Shown here one piece after another: positions 1 to 11,625 of a DNA stretch of 35,685 bases; position 1 is the stretch's first letter; every line of letters starts with the position of its first letter. The DNA is from Perkinsus chesapeaki ATCC PRA-425 (taxonomy: Eukaryota > Protista > Perkinsozoa), in the NCBI GenBank assembly GCA_013115145.1, contig JAAPAO010000368.1, forward strand, positions 1 to 35,685. The letters run 5' to 3'. Made by a program: the position numbers and the translations under genes. The notes beneath the pieces were generated by a model. That model saw only the letters and a list, made by a program, of their open reading frames with translations, ran no database searches and was not told where the DNA came from.

Positions 1-95
1 GATACTAAACCACCTCCCAGGGTATATTGAAGTGGCCGATACTAAACCACCTCCCAGGGTATATTGAAGTGGCTGATACTAAACCACCTCCCTGG
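1..95. repeat. 37-bp tandem minisatellite, about 2.6 copies, cut by the window start
   Basis: Unit GATACTAAACCACCTCCCAGGGTATATTGAAGTGGC(C/T) at 1-37 and 38-74, partial copy at 75-95. Units are directly abutting with no spacers. Confidence 0.95.
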
Positions 96-453
96 TGAAA
101 TTGAAATTACTAACCGGGAATATTAACGTAAATTTCGTTCGCCCGTCGAAATTGGAGTTACTATTGTCGAGATAGGCGTTGGAAAGGTGTATACTCCTTC
201 ATGGTTCAGCCCATGTCCGTCTCAAACTACGTTGGGCAGTGAGCAACGGAGACGAGCGACAACCGTCTTGACTGTCAAGACTTGACAGAGTGAGTCCCCC
301 ATTGTAAGACACTCGTCGTCGAGATGGCTGGTCGATAGTCCTACCTCCACCAGAGAGGGGTACCCTCCGAAGTGCTCACCCATATCCGACGAATTGCCCC
401 GAAGTTAATTGGTGATAAGTTTCTCGCTACCGAACCCAACTTTCCACGTAGCT

Positions 454-662
454 TAGTAATGATTGGTATCATAGGAAAGTACTACGACGGTTGTTACTTC
501 TTGTTAAATGTCTTGCTCACATTTCCCGTTAGATATCATTAATAACGGAAATACAAAGAAACTCAACTTCGCCAATATACCAATTCACCGTTTCCGCGAC
601 AGTTCGATGACTCATGCGTTAAGTTCACCTGCGTCATAATCTTGTAGACTCTCGTAGATATC
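454..662 (-). pseudogene. Diverged duplicate (roughly 80% identity by eye) of the last about 16 codons, stop codon and 3' flank of the CEP104-like gene (3429-3637)
   Basis: Minus-strand DIYESLQDYDAGELNA* here versus DIYESLQDYDADEDLNA* at 3584-3637. About 160 nt of downstream sequence is also alignable. Sequence upstream of 662 is unrelated to the gene. Confidence 0.8.
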
Positions 663-1178
663 GGATCGATGAGCTCGGGATCGATCCGACAATCCCCACC
701 TCTTCAACCTGATAAGTTATCAGTTATAACTCGACTCGGGTTACTCGAGCTCAAATCACAGAATTGGGATGGCCATAGCTACAGAGAGGGTATACGACAT
801 TAGGTAACGAATGATACGGAGGAACCTCATTAGAAGCGATGTTGGTATCGACACGTTACACTGAAGAAACATCTCCTTGTCGCCTCAGCAAAAGACCGCA
901 AGCCCTCTAGCTGCGAAAACCACACACTGGGGTTTGGGAGATTCTCTCAGTAGGAGGGCCTGGCCATGAGGGACGTTCAGTCACTTGCGCGCTATCAGCA
1001 TCTCCCGACCATGGTGAAGGTCGGTCATCATCAGACTATTTGTGGGAGCTCTATGCAGCCTATATAATTTGAGACATCTACATATGAGCTGCCGGGATAA
1101 CATAGTGGCGACAAAGCCAGATGCACTCAAGGAAGAACGTGAGCAGAAAATGGGACAAATGGTACATTTAAAAGGGCC

Positions 1179-1910
1179 TTACTTAAGAGTGCCACTGAAG
1201 ATAACCAGATCATCATTCGTGTAATGAACACTATATCCACCTCTGGTACCCCCCACGTCCAGAGTGAGGTAAGCTTCATAATGCCAAGTGACCAAGTCTT
1301 CTGAACTCATCAGGATTGCCACTTTACACTTCGACGTCATGTTGTAATAGCTAGTGACCATCTCACTTGATATTTCCAAACGAGCATTGCCATTCGCGTT
1401 CACGATAGCGGTAGCGTTCGGATGATCCTCATCAGAAATACGACCAATATCGGGAATTTCTGTGCTAATTTGCACCATAGTCGGCAAGTTGATCTCCCAT
1501 CCACCTTTAATTGGACGACCCAGTTCCTGCGAGAAAGGAGGAATGTAAAAGTTAAAGGCGGTTATAATACCCCCGGTGAGCTTCAGATCATAAGCAGTAT
1601 ATCCTTGAGCCCAGACACCAACTTGTACGGGACGTCCTCCTTTTAAAATAGCACTTATCTCCAACGAGGCGAAGTTTGGAAGGTTAGTGCCGTTCGCCAG
1701 CAACCTCATACCACCATTTATTTGATGGTTATTCCGCAAGATATACCAACAATAAGGACCATAAGTTTTTTTTGCATATAAGCAATTATGCGGTTGAGTT
1801 GCGATCACCGGAATATTGAGAGCTCTGCTACCGTCTCCAAAGCACACTTGAGCCATAAACAGCAGAAGACCGATACAGGGTGATAACAGGAATGACATTG
1901 AAATGAACAT
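1179..1910 (-). CDS. Hypothetical secreted protein, single exon, 243 aa, beta-strand/Gly-rich, no recognised domain
   Basis: Uninterrupted ORF. Hydrophobic N-terminus (MSFLLSPCIGLLLFMAQVCFG) resembles a signal peptide. N-glycosylation sequons NGT, NAT, NMT. Confidence 0.6.
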   Translation of the reverse strand: MFISMSFLLSPCIGLLLFMAQVCFGDGSRALNIPVIATQPHNCLYAKKTYGPYCWYILRNNHQINGGMRLLANGTNLPNFASLEISAILKGGRPVQVGVWAQGYTAYDLKLTGGIITAFNFYIPPFSQELGRPIKGGWEINLPTMVQISTEIPDIGRISDEDHPNATAIVNANGNARLEISSEMVTSYYNMTSKCKVAILMSSEDLVTWHYEAYLTLDVGGTRGGYSVHYTNDDLVIFSGTLK

Positions 1911-3583
1911 ATGTCGTTGGAAAGCTATGAACCGTGAAGGAAGATACCCATGGAGGAGGCATAACAGCTATCGAATGTTGAAACCAGAGATTAACTCTTC
2001 CGTACCATCGCCTCGCAGAAGATGAGGCCCGAATGACATACTGCTGGGTATAGCGAAACAGTAATGGACTCCGAGCAGTGTGCACTCGGCCTAAGATCGA
2101 ATGAAGACACGATATCCTCTTTAGGCCTCTGATTCGGAGGTGTTGCCAGCTAGCTACAACGATATCGATCGAGGCGCGGCGCCATACAACGAAAAGGCGC
2201 CTTCGGGGATGCCTTCTAATACAAGTAGCCATGGATGAGGTAGACACTAATCTCTTTCGGAAAGCTTCTGGTCGCTCGAAGGCTATGTAGCTTGCATTGC
2301 CGGCCATTCACGATGCATGACTAGGACCAAACAAGATTTATTAAACTAAAATGCACTGACGCTGGAGGCTCCAGCCTGGAGCCACCTGTGCGTCCGCGAA
2401 CCATCTGAGGAGGCTTGCATTCCGACAATGCTCGGCCCTATACAGTGCCCATAACATGGGGTAAATGATCCAAGATCAAAATGTCAGTCCCACAGACTTG
2501 AGTAAAGTATGTTACGCACTTAACAAGGTGCTTATCGCGTCATGGTATCTTTGAATTGATTATTGCAGTAATACTTGTGTGGAACTAGACAGCACTTCTG
2601 TTTCTGGATCTGAGTTTTGTGTTGAGGTTGTTCCGGTGTGCCGCATACCCTGCAAAACCAATTAAATACTCCTACTCCCAGCGCTTGGGTCTGACCAACG
2701 AGGAGCCTCGTTGGAGAAAGTGTGTGCAAACGCGACTGGTCCAGCACTTACTACCCGTAAGTTACCTGGACCATTACATCGGGTACCCAAAGTACTGTAC
2801 CCAAACCGAACCTCGGTTATCGATAGAACGTCGCATGCACAGCACTCGTGCCAGGTGAGGAGGGACGGGCTCAAAAATGAACGCTAATGCTCAAACGGAG
2901 CAACCACAAGACGTTCGTGAGTGTCCCAACAACTATGTATTTTCGCACGCATGCCCAAACGCGCGCGAAATCATCTAAACAGAGATCTCGCCATGGGAGA
3001 TAATATCTCCGAGATATGACCCAACAGAGCAGGCCCAGATGTGGCAAACTTCTCCTGGAAGTCCAATATGAACAGCTAGTGGAGAATGACCACTGGACAT
3101 TGAAGTTGCAGGAAACACACAAGGAGGATGACAATGCACAGTTATTCTGCTGTATTCGTAACTTTGGTCCATTCGCGCCCACTTTTAGATTCGTATACTT
3201 AGTAATAGAAATAGTTAAATAATGAATGAGCACTCATTGCCATTGCGTTCACCCAGCGTGGATCACCCCAGTTCAGATTCAGATTCTAATTATCTGCACA
3301 TCCCACGCGTGTCTCATGTACCACATGTATATGACTCGTAAAATATTAGTAATGAGCTTATCAGTGCTCAGGTTTTGTGCTGTGAGAACGAGTGAGCTGA
3401 TTCAGCATAAGTATTACTAAATTTAGTCTAGTAATGCTTGATATCATTAGAAAGTACTGCGACGGTTGTTACTTCTCGGCAGATATCTTGCCTTCATTTC
3501 CCGCTGAAATCAGTAATAAGGGAAATACAAAGAGAAACTCAACTTCACCAATATACCACCCATTTTCACGACAGGCCGATGAC

Positions 3584-6500
3584 TCATGCGTTAAGGTCTT
3601 CATCTGCATCATAATCTTGCAGACTCTCATAGATATCCACGAAGCGTCTTGTGAGGACTTCCCCAACATTGGAGGGTACCTTTATGATTGCGATTGCGAC
3701 TATAGTCGCTTTCACTAGTTCACCTTTCTCTGCCAGAATTCTTCATACTCATTCAAGAAGCCGTCTCCAAACATCCTAACATCAAATGTTATAGCAGCCT
3801 CTCCAGCGGATAGCCCGAGATGTGAAATCGTGGAGCAGGCATTACTCGTAAAGCTTAGTAGCCAGCTCAATTGCGTCCTTTCGGACATCCCCTGAGCTGT
3901 GACGAAGACCCGCGATAGCCAAGGGGAAGACATGATCGAGTTGCACAGATCCGTCCGACTGGCACATATCCAGCTAAAGCGGTACCCTTCAGTTAACAGA
4001 AAAGGATGTTGTAGCCTTACAATGGCCAACCCAGTCTCTATTCGCGCAGTCATTGAGCTAGCGCTTAAGCCTTGTAGCGAAGCCATGCAATCCTCAGCTG
4101 CAGCTTCGGCATTGTTAGGAGTCCCTACTTCAACGCTGGGACTCAGACATGGCAATAACGCATCAGCACCACATAAGCTAACGAGGAGCAACTGACAAGC
4201 CAAAACCAACGATAGCAGCGTAGTGTGTTCTCAAGTCGTTTATCTTCGAATGGGCAGCGTCCGTGTGAGTAGTTGTTTGTATCTTACTGCAAGGTCACGA
4301 GCGCTCCATGAGATCCGACTATTATGATCTCCCAGCCTCCTCACAACCGCAGCCGCAAGTCCGCTGCCCGAGCGACTCACGATGTACTTCAAGTCCTGAG
4401 TATAGGCAAGAGTAGAAACTCATCAGAGTGCAAAAGCGAATTAACCCCGATACCCGATTGTATAGGGCCGGCACTCTATTCCTTTAAGGAATTTCCTCTC
4501 AGAGGAATCCTCTGGGAAACTAGCAGCAAGTGACCACTAGCTATAGTCTAGTAACTAGCGACAGCAGCTGCCTTTCACCAGGGACTATTGAGTTCGGGTT
4601 TCGACAAGACCGCATTCCGAGCTTCGAGTACGCCAGGGTGGCCGCCGGGTCCGGGACCTACTGGCACTGGCTAGCGTTGAAACAGAGCAGTGCGCTCCGA
4701 GCTTGCGATACTGCTAACGCTGCCGAGGATGAGTTACGGTGTGGTCGAGGAGTTAAGCCAATTTATTAACAATTGCTTATTTTTCAAATCGCGTTTCTCA
4801 CATTGACACTGATATTATCTCGCAAGGTATCGGACTTCAGAAAAGCTTGCACGGCATCAAATGCGGCAATAGCATTCGGTACCTATGCGATACTGCAGAT
4901 GCGCTATGGAAGGCCGCCATCACAATATCCCGCTCGATGAAGCTCTTGCAAACTGTACACATACCCCGGCAATAGCGATTGACGCTTTCAGGATAATCGC
5001 AACGGATCCTCGAGAGGAAATCTTCGATTGATTTTTCATAGTGTCGCAGTACCCAAGATTGAATCTGAATGAGATTACTTGGTGTGGCCAGTGGCACCGA
5101 GTGAGCATATCGACTCGACATCGCTCACTCTCCATAGGCTTCGCTCATGACCAGAACTTTTGGAGTCTCTATGCAAAAGTCGAGCAGCGAGCTTTCCTAG
5201 GCTCTCTGCCACCGCTCCGTACTCTTCAAATGCAGCAGCGAAATATGGGGAAGACTTCCGCGACCCGTTCTTGCTTTCGTCAACTGAAAGAACCTGGGTA
5301 TGATTCGCAGAGCATCGCTGCCCTGAATTGCTCATCGCTTTCATCTTGGCCTTGCTAGGCGTTTGCGTTAGTGAGGCTCGTCTTATCATACTCACTTAGC
5401 GCCCTTATCTCTGGCAACACAAATCGTTTCAGGTATGATCTTATCTCATCGATATTATCAGACTCGCATTTGATAATGATCCTTTCTGCAAGCCATTGGT
5501 CTTCCGAAGTCAACACCTGCCAACTTACCCTAGGGTTGACCGGTGACCTTGTACCTTTCGGGGGAATTACTCGGATGTCATGCATCAATGTTGCGTCGTC
5601 ATCAATGTGTTTCTCGTCAACTGTCATAACATTGTCAGGACAGTAACGCTGTTCGCTCGGCTCTTTGTGCACCATAATAATTTGCTTCTTCACCTCTCGC
5701 CTGGAGGAACACAAGGATCGTGGGAGCAGCTAGCTGAACAATTCCTTGCTTTTGCGTACATACTATCGGGTGTGACCTAGCTGAGCTCTCGTTGAGATCA
5801 TACTGATATAATATTATTATATTCAGCATACTATATTAGTGCATCCTCAGTGAATTTATTATGGATTACCACTGTTTATGTACCAGTGGTATGTATTCAG
5901 TTAAAAAAACACCGGATCTTGGAACTCTCACCCCATCATCGAATGATCAGCTGGTTGTTCCAAAGGTGCATAGTCGGCCTCGGATGAACGCGAGGCCGAG
6001 CGAGGCAAATCTTCACTCCCTGGAGCTATGTAGTTCTCTCGTGGAGACGTCGTGTTCCCAACGTGATGATCCTAAGCAGCGGATATCATTTCTATTCCAC
6101 TGCTCTTGTGGCAGCCTTCGCGGGGTCCAGTGTATCTACCTCCGACATTTCGTGCTCCGGAGAAGGTCCTTGAGAATCCCAGCTGAATGTTATCTCATCC
6201 TGCGTGGCGGCATTGCGACGCTCCAGTTCCGAAACACTAGAGCAGGAGCTTTTACAGTTCGTTCGGTAGAGGATGTACTGTTCAAGCGAACGACGGAGGT
6301 TATGCATGGCATTGACCACTCCTTGCGTTCCTGCTCCGAGTTCTTGCGGCGAATTCTTCCCTATGACGACTTGACGAGTCGCGTTACCGTGGTTACTAGC
6401 ATCGGACTTGCCAAGGATTGCCGTACCCTCACCAGCCACCTAGCAAAGGCTGTGATAGACACTGCGCGATTTCAATGGCTATCTCGGAAATTGATATCCC

Positions 6501-7496
6501 AGTGATACTGCTGTGAGACGGCCCCAATGAATAAATTGCCTTGTCCTCTCGTGCCAGTGCGGAACTTGTCCTTCTGAAACTTGAGTGTCGGTGATTCTCC
6601 TGTGGGAGTAGCGGATATCCAAAGATTCCAATGCCTAGAAACAAGTGTTTTGGGGCGAGATGTAGACAGTAAAGGATTCTTCCCAGTTGACCCGCATAGG
6701 CGGCTAAGCATCGGAGTCTCCTCACTTTGTAAGCCGACTGGTTCTGTGCCAGATTTCCATAGGAGGATGCGCACTCTCGTTGTCATGGCCCAACCACTAA
6801 GGCATAAACCACTTCCGTCTTTAACGACTTCATGGACGCAAAAGCGCACCTAAACGAAAGTCAACCAAGCATGGAACTTCCATGCGTGACCAGCCAGCAG
6901 GCATGCCTCCTTCCATCATGGAAGGAGGCATGCTTGCCCGTTTGGTTCAAGGAACACGGTTGCTGAAACTATAGCGCGGCTCAATACGAGGGATCGGCCG
7001 AAGTTTCTCACCCAATTGTTAGAGAATGGCTTCGGCTCCTGTACGCCCATTGCAGCCCAAACCTCAATGCGATCAGGGCGCAGCACGGGTGCGTCTGGTA
7101 TCCAGCTGATTGAGACTTCTCGTACTTCACTATACTGCTTCAACCGAACTTCCTGTTGATTAGACAGAGCGTGCGAAAACTGCTCTTACAGTACGAATCG
7201 TACTATTTCAACGGGATATTCAACAGTTCTTGAGGATAGCCACCCGAGGCTTTGAGCAGTATGGCTCGAAAGACATAGTCTGCCTGCGCTTTTAGGCTCA
7301 GACTCTGACGAAACGGATACAACCCAAGCTTGGAGCATCCGGCAGACGGACGAATCATTTACGGTGTTTGTCATGGTGAAATGCTCGTACTTCGAACTGA
7401 ACCCCCAGTGGGGGGCCCACTGCAGTAAGATACGAAATAGTTCACTATTGCGTCATTTCTCACTACGAGGCTGAGCTTACGGGTCATGTAGCCCAT
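3584..7496 (-). CDS. CEP104: CEP104-like ciliary/centriolar protein (N-terminal jelly-roll, coiled coil, TOG/HEAT domain), multi-exon; middle exons not fully resolved, could be degenerate
   Basis: Spliced in frame via GT-AG introns: MGYMT-LGPPLGVQFEVRAFHHDKH-QSEPKSAGRLCLSSHTAQSLGWLSSRTVEYPVEI-EVRLKQYSEVREVSISW, matching the CEP104 N-terminal pattern GW.S.R...FPQEI. TOG-type exons VVRRLGDHNSRISWSARDLA and LAIAGLRHSSGDVRKDAIELATKLYE. Ends DLNA*. Reading frame between about 6100 and 6950 could not be fixed unambiguously. Confidence 0.6.
6869..6937. other. Two adjacent perfect hairpins (8-bp and 16-bp arms, each with a single central C)
   Basis: GCATGGAA-C-TTCCATGC at 6869-6885 and GCATGCCTCCTTCCAT-C-ATGGAAGGAGGCATGC at 6901-6933. 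Confidence 0.95.
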
Positions 7497-8162
7497 TCGG
7501 GAGGATCGCCTATGAGCCTCCTAGTATGAGGATAATGTATCGAGTGTGACCAAAGATTAGCGAGCGGTTTCGTTGAGCAACTAAGCTCAGGTGGACCATG
7601 ACAGGTGGGCGCCAAACCATGCATCCGGAGACAAGGTAGCTATGCGTAAACTAATGCATTATTGTCAACGCTGCGATAAAATACATAGCTGTGGGATAGC
7701 TAGCGGACTGAGCAACTTCACCACTACCAGCTGCTGCTTGGAGGTGTTACAGCTCATCGCGCCCATGTGTATCGTTGAGATTAAATCCGGTGATTTTTTG
7801 AATTATAGTCTCTGATTCACGAACGCGAAACGCAAAGCATAACTGGCTTAGTAAATGCGTGCGCTTGTATACTAGGCTCGTACGAACGCAAAATAATTCA
7901 TCGCTTATAAAAACCGAAATAAGGGTTACATTGTTGCTGTACACAGCATGGCCGAGAAGCTTCAGTCAGGCTCTGTGTTACTCTGACAGCAATGCCATCA
8001 GCGAAGCTACGCACTTGAAAATATGCTGATATGATACGTAATGAAAAGACTAAATATCACTGCTATTTAGTCTGCTATTATAGCAGATACTGACAGCTCC
8101 TATTAAAATAGGTTTATGTACTCCTCGGTCACAACTTTGTAGGCTTGGGTATCTCCGTACGA

Positions 8163-11100
8163 TTATTCGGCAAAGAACTGCTCGATGGCTTGCTGCATTT
8201 CTAAAGGCTTATTCAACGTGAATACGTGGCCTCCGTTGAGAACCTAAAGCGACACATCCCGCCACAAATGCGAGTAGATAAGCAGCGGTCATCGTTTCAC
8301 CTCGATCAAGGCCAATGATCCTCCGCTTGGATACGCCGCCTTCCGAATCGTTCCCAGTGGGCCGCCGCGCTTGAACTGTAGCGAACCAACTGTGGTTTTC
8401 TGGTAGGGTTGTGCCTACCTTGAGGGTCTTCGGCTTGACAGCAGCAAGGATTCTGCCATAGTCGGCTCGCCCCTTTAAGTTAGTAGTCCAATAATATGCC
8501 CCAATCGTGTTACATACAAAGTCCTGGTCGCCATTAACTACTCTCACCTGAGCTGGTGACCTCCAAACTTAATGTTAGGATCCGGTAAGCGATAAGCCAC
8601 TAGCGGTCCCTATGCCGACGCTGCTGCTTACCTGCAGACCACTGTCTAATAGTTCTGAAACTACCGCTGTTGTGTCGTACGCTCCATACCTTTCGAAGGC
8701 GCTGAAAACCTGACGAAATTGTATTTCGGCAATATAGACTCCTGACTATAGCAGCCTGCTATTAGGAGGTGAACAAGAATCACGTCGATGATATAGGGGT
8801 ATGCTATGTCTCATAACCTATGCCATTCAACTGTACAATTCTCGGCAAATGCCGTAGGAAGTGCAAGAAGGCGGACAGCGTACCTGTGGGTCGTTGGGGA
8901 TCCAGTACTTATGCGTCCCCATCGCATCTTGAACATCTCTGCGATTCAGGTATTCTCCAGGCTGAAAAAAGTAGTAGAATCGGCAGACTTCCAAGGTGAC
9001 GAAGGTTCCGAAGCTTATAATATTTTAATCCATTGAGCGCTGCGCTTTCTTACACGCCCGGGTTTCAGCTTGAAGTATTCAGACTCGCCGCTCGGTTCAG
9101 CTCGAACATCGTACATGAAATGAACAAGTTTCGATTTCCTGCCGACACCAAGTCTTACTGGCTCCTTCCAGCTTTGTGTAAGGGCTCTGTTAGGGCTCCA
9201 TCACAAAACTGGAATGCTTCATCACAAGCAACTGAAAAAGGCGAACGGTGCGGTGCCTCACTGGAGACAGATGGCAATCACCACCTGGGTCGGGATAGGG
9301 ACGGGAGCTTGTTGGCTGGCAGCGCTTCAGCCTTTCAGCGCATGTATAACCATCGGTGGTCATCTTCCCAATGCTGAAAGAGTCATGTGCCGACGTCCTG
9401 TTTCAAGTTCACGAATCGTATCCAAACGCTTGTCATGTACACCTCTTTCCGTCGAATAACAACCTAGGTTCCTCGAGCTGAACGGAATTACTCAACTTGA
9501 ATACCTCCACGAAATTAAAAAGATGGTGGAGGCTTAGCCTGCCAGGCTACTGAGAGTTTCAGTCTGAAACATTTGTCAATTTTAAAGTTATCATCTAAGT
9601 CGATTTAATTGGTAGCAATCAACATAAAATTTAGTACTGGTATGCTGGCAATGCCAGCCAGGCTGCCATGCGCGTATAATTCTGTAGCCTATGTACGTAG
9701 CATATCCAGTAGGCATACGGAACTCTTCTCTTAGGAGTAGCAAGACTTTAAACCGCATCCTCTACAATTCGCGGTTGTTTTCCCGACAGGTTGCTCACAC
9801 ATCCGAAGAAAGCAGTTTCCTTTTCTTCGCCATCTCCACCGCTCCTCTGTACCTGAAATGCGAGGAGAGCAGCGAAATGCTTCTGATGACCTTTTCATAG
9901 CGATTACATGTCAAGGGGCCCCATAGACCCTGAAAGTATGAGGAGCATCTTCAAGTTGATCTTGTTCTCTCCCTTCAGAGATACTATTTTCTTGGCTAAC
10001 AGAGTTGCTGTTGAACCTGCAGTCGAATCGGCTTCCGTAATCATAAGTACAAGCTATATAATACAATTTCTGAATAACAACTCGTAAAAAACAACTTTAT
10101 ACGACTCACTCAAGTTATTAGGGAGTTCTGGTGGACTTCGAGAAGACTTGAACGCGCGGTGCGCTCAAGTCTTGTCAAAGTCCACGGTGCGTTATGCATC
10201 AAGCAGAGCGCCGATAGCGCTCTACTCCCCCCAGCAATGGGCAAGGAGCTTACCGTCGAAAGAGAAGCCAACGAGGCGCAGGTTATCCTTCACATGTGGT
10301 TCACGCTTGATTATCTCGAGCAAAGTCATATAACTGAAAATCATACTGAAGTTTATAGTAGTTCTAACGGGAAATTCCCGCTAGCGGTGAACTTTTAGCG
10401 GTGAAAAATGATCGGTATTGCGGACCAGTATATTATCNNNNNNNNNNNNNNNNNNNNNNNNNNNNNNNNNNNNNNNNNNNNNNNNNNNNNNNNNNNNNNN
10501 NNNNNNNNNNNNNNNNNNNNNNNNNNNNNNNNTTATCAGTGACAGTGATTGCGGACCAGTATATTATCAGTGACAGTGATTGCGGACCAGTATATTATCA
10601 GTGACAGTGATTGCGGACCAGTATATTATCAGTGACAGTAATCCTGGACCAGTACTCAGATTTAGAGGAAGAGTAACCCCACATGTTGTCAACAAATTTA
10701 TCCATGTTCGCTTCGTATCTTCCTGTACTGAAGCCAGTCCCTCCGGGGGCGTCTATGAAAATACCGTTGGCTTTCTTAGTCCAGGAATACCTGAGCAACA
10801 TACAGCTCGATACTCGCAGCCAACATAGTTGTACTCGTTGGTGTTAAGCGTCTTGCCATCTCGTGATATATAACAGGGGCCCATCATAGTGAGGGGCAGT
10901 CCAGTGGCGCTTGTACCTGGGCCTCCGGGAAGGAAAACGAACGTTGGCGTATTATCGGCTCTGTCGTCAGCGTTTATAAGAGCGTAAAAATATCTAACAA
11001 CGAGATATTCCAAGCATTCGGGAATGTACTAGTCTTACTTGGTGTCGTCGGAGACGGTGACGTATCCAAAAGACTGAGCACCGACCGAAGTTGTACATAG

Positions 11101-11279
11101 CGGCTTGCCCGAGTTTACCGTTGTGTGTTTGCAGGTGCCGTGCGGACCTAGAGACCATAACCGATAGATAGCACTGCCTCAGATGGCCCTGGCTTCGCAC
11201 GCTGCACCGAGTTGAACTTACCGGGTGCACCCGCAAATGCTACAAAGAGCAGCGATTGTACGATATATGTTGTAAGCAT
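8163..11279 (-). CDS. Peptidase family S10 (serine carboxypeptidase-like) secreted protein, about 15 exons
   Basis: Signal peptide MLTTYIVQSLLFVAFAGA. Spliced motifs LCTTSVGAQSFGYV, YFYA, FLPGGPGTSA..GPC, NEYSWTKKANGIFIDAPGGTGFS, nucleophile elbow VGFSFDG (10252-10269), YDVR, YLNRRDVQDAMG, catalytic Asp region VNGDQDFVCN, catalytic His VLNGGH, stop at 8163. Junctions are in frame and GT-AG except one GT-AT (9115-9158). Confidence 0.9.
10417..10655. repeat. 31-bp tandem minisatellite inside intron 4 of the S10 gene, spanning an assembly gap
   Basis: Unit TTATCAGTGACAGTGATTGCGGACCAGTATA. At least 3 full copies after the gap, one partial copy before it and a degenerate terminal copy. Confidence 0.9.
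10438..10532. other. Assembly gap (95 N)
   Basis: Run of N flanked on both sides by the 31-bp repeat, so true copy number is unknown. Confidence 1.
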
Positions 11280-11625
11280 GAGACAGAGGTCTGCTGATAT
11301 AAACTGTCGATGCAAGCAATCAATCATTAAGCGAGGCGCTTCCTCGGTCCGAGCAAAGCTCTCATCATGACCCTCGGCAGTCATGAACCACTGTCGACAA
11401 TAGAGAGACAGAGTAGCCCAATCTACAAGGACTCTAATCGAGAAAAATGGATAAATACCACAGCGAGTATAACAGTAGCCCTACGGGCGCCACTGCGTCA
11501 TCATAGCAAAGAAATAATAACGGAAAATGACCACATAATCATTGCTGAGTGGCCTTTGTGCGGAGGGAGCCATCTTGTGGGAAAATAGTGAACTTCACGG
11601 CGCAAACGGCGAGCCAGCACAAGCC

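Noticed and set aside
1-95. 37-bp repeat (and the 31- and 32-bp arrays) as CRISPR direct repeats
   Set aside because: Units abut with no unique spacers, there are no cas genes, and the context is eukaryotic and mostly intronic.
1950-3233. Possible gene or pseudogene (ORFs on both strands, 65-159 aa)
   Set aside because: No consistent spliced frame or recognisable motif on either strand, so it was left unannotated.
454-4209. Reverse-transcriptase-like words (EVEFL, YGHPNS) suggesting LTR-retrotransposon relics at 454-780 and 3430-4200
   Set aside because: No Y/FxDD motif, LTRs or TSDs. The sequence is better explained as spliced TOG-domain exons, the 3' flank and its duplicate.
6916-7430. 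Reeler or DOMON domain interpretation
   Set aside because: It relied on a different frame. The in-frame spliced GWLSSRTVEYPVEI reading fits the CEP104 jelly-roll better and is consistent with the downstream TOG exons.
6092-8700. Apparent integrase/RNase H/RT fragments of a gypsy-like pol
   Set aside because: 8163-9400 splices cleanly into the S10 peptidase (GDQDFVCN, NGGH) and 6900-7500 into CEP104-like exons. The retro-like words were in wrong frames or introns.
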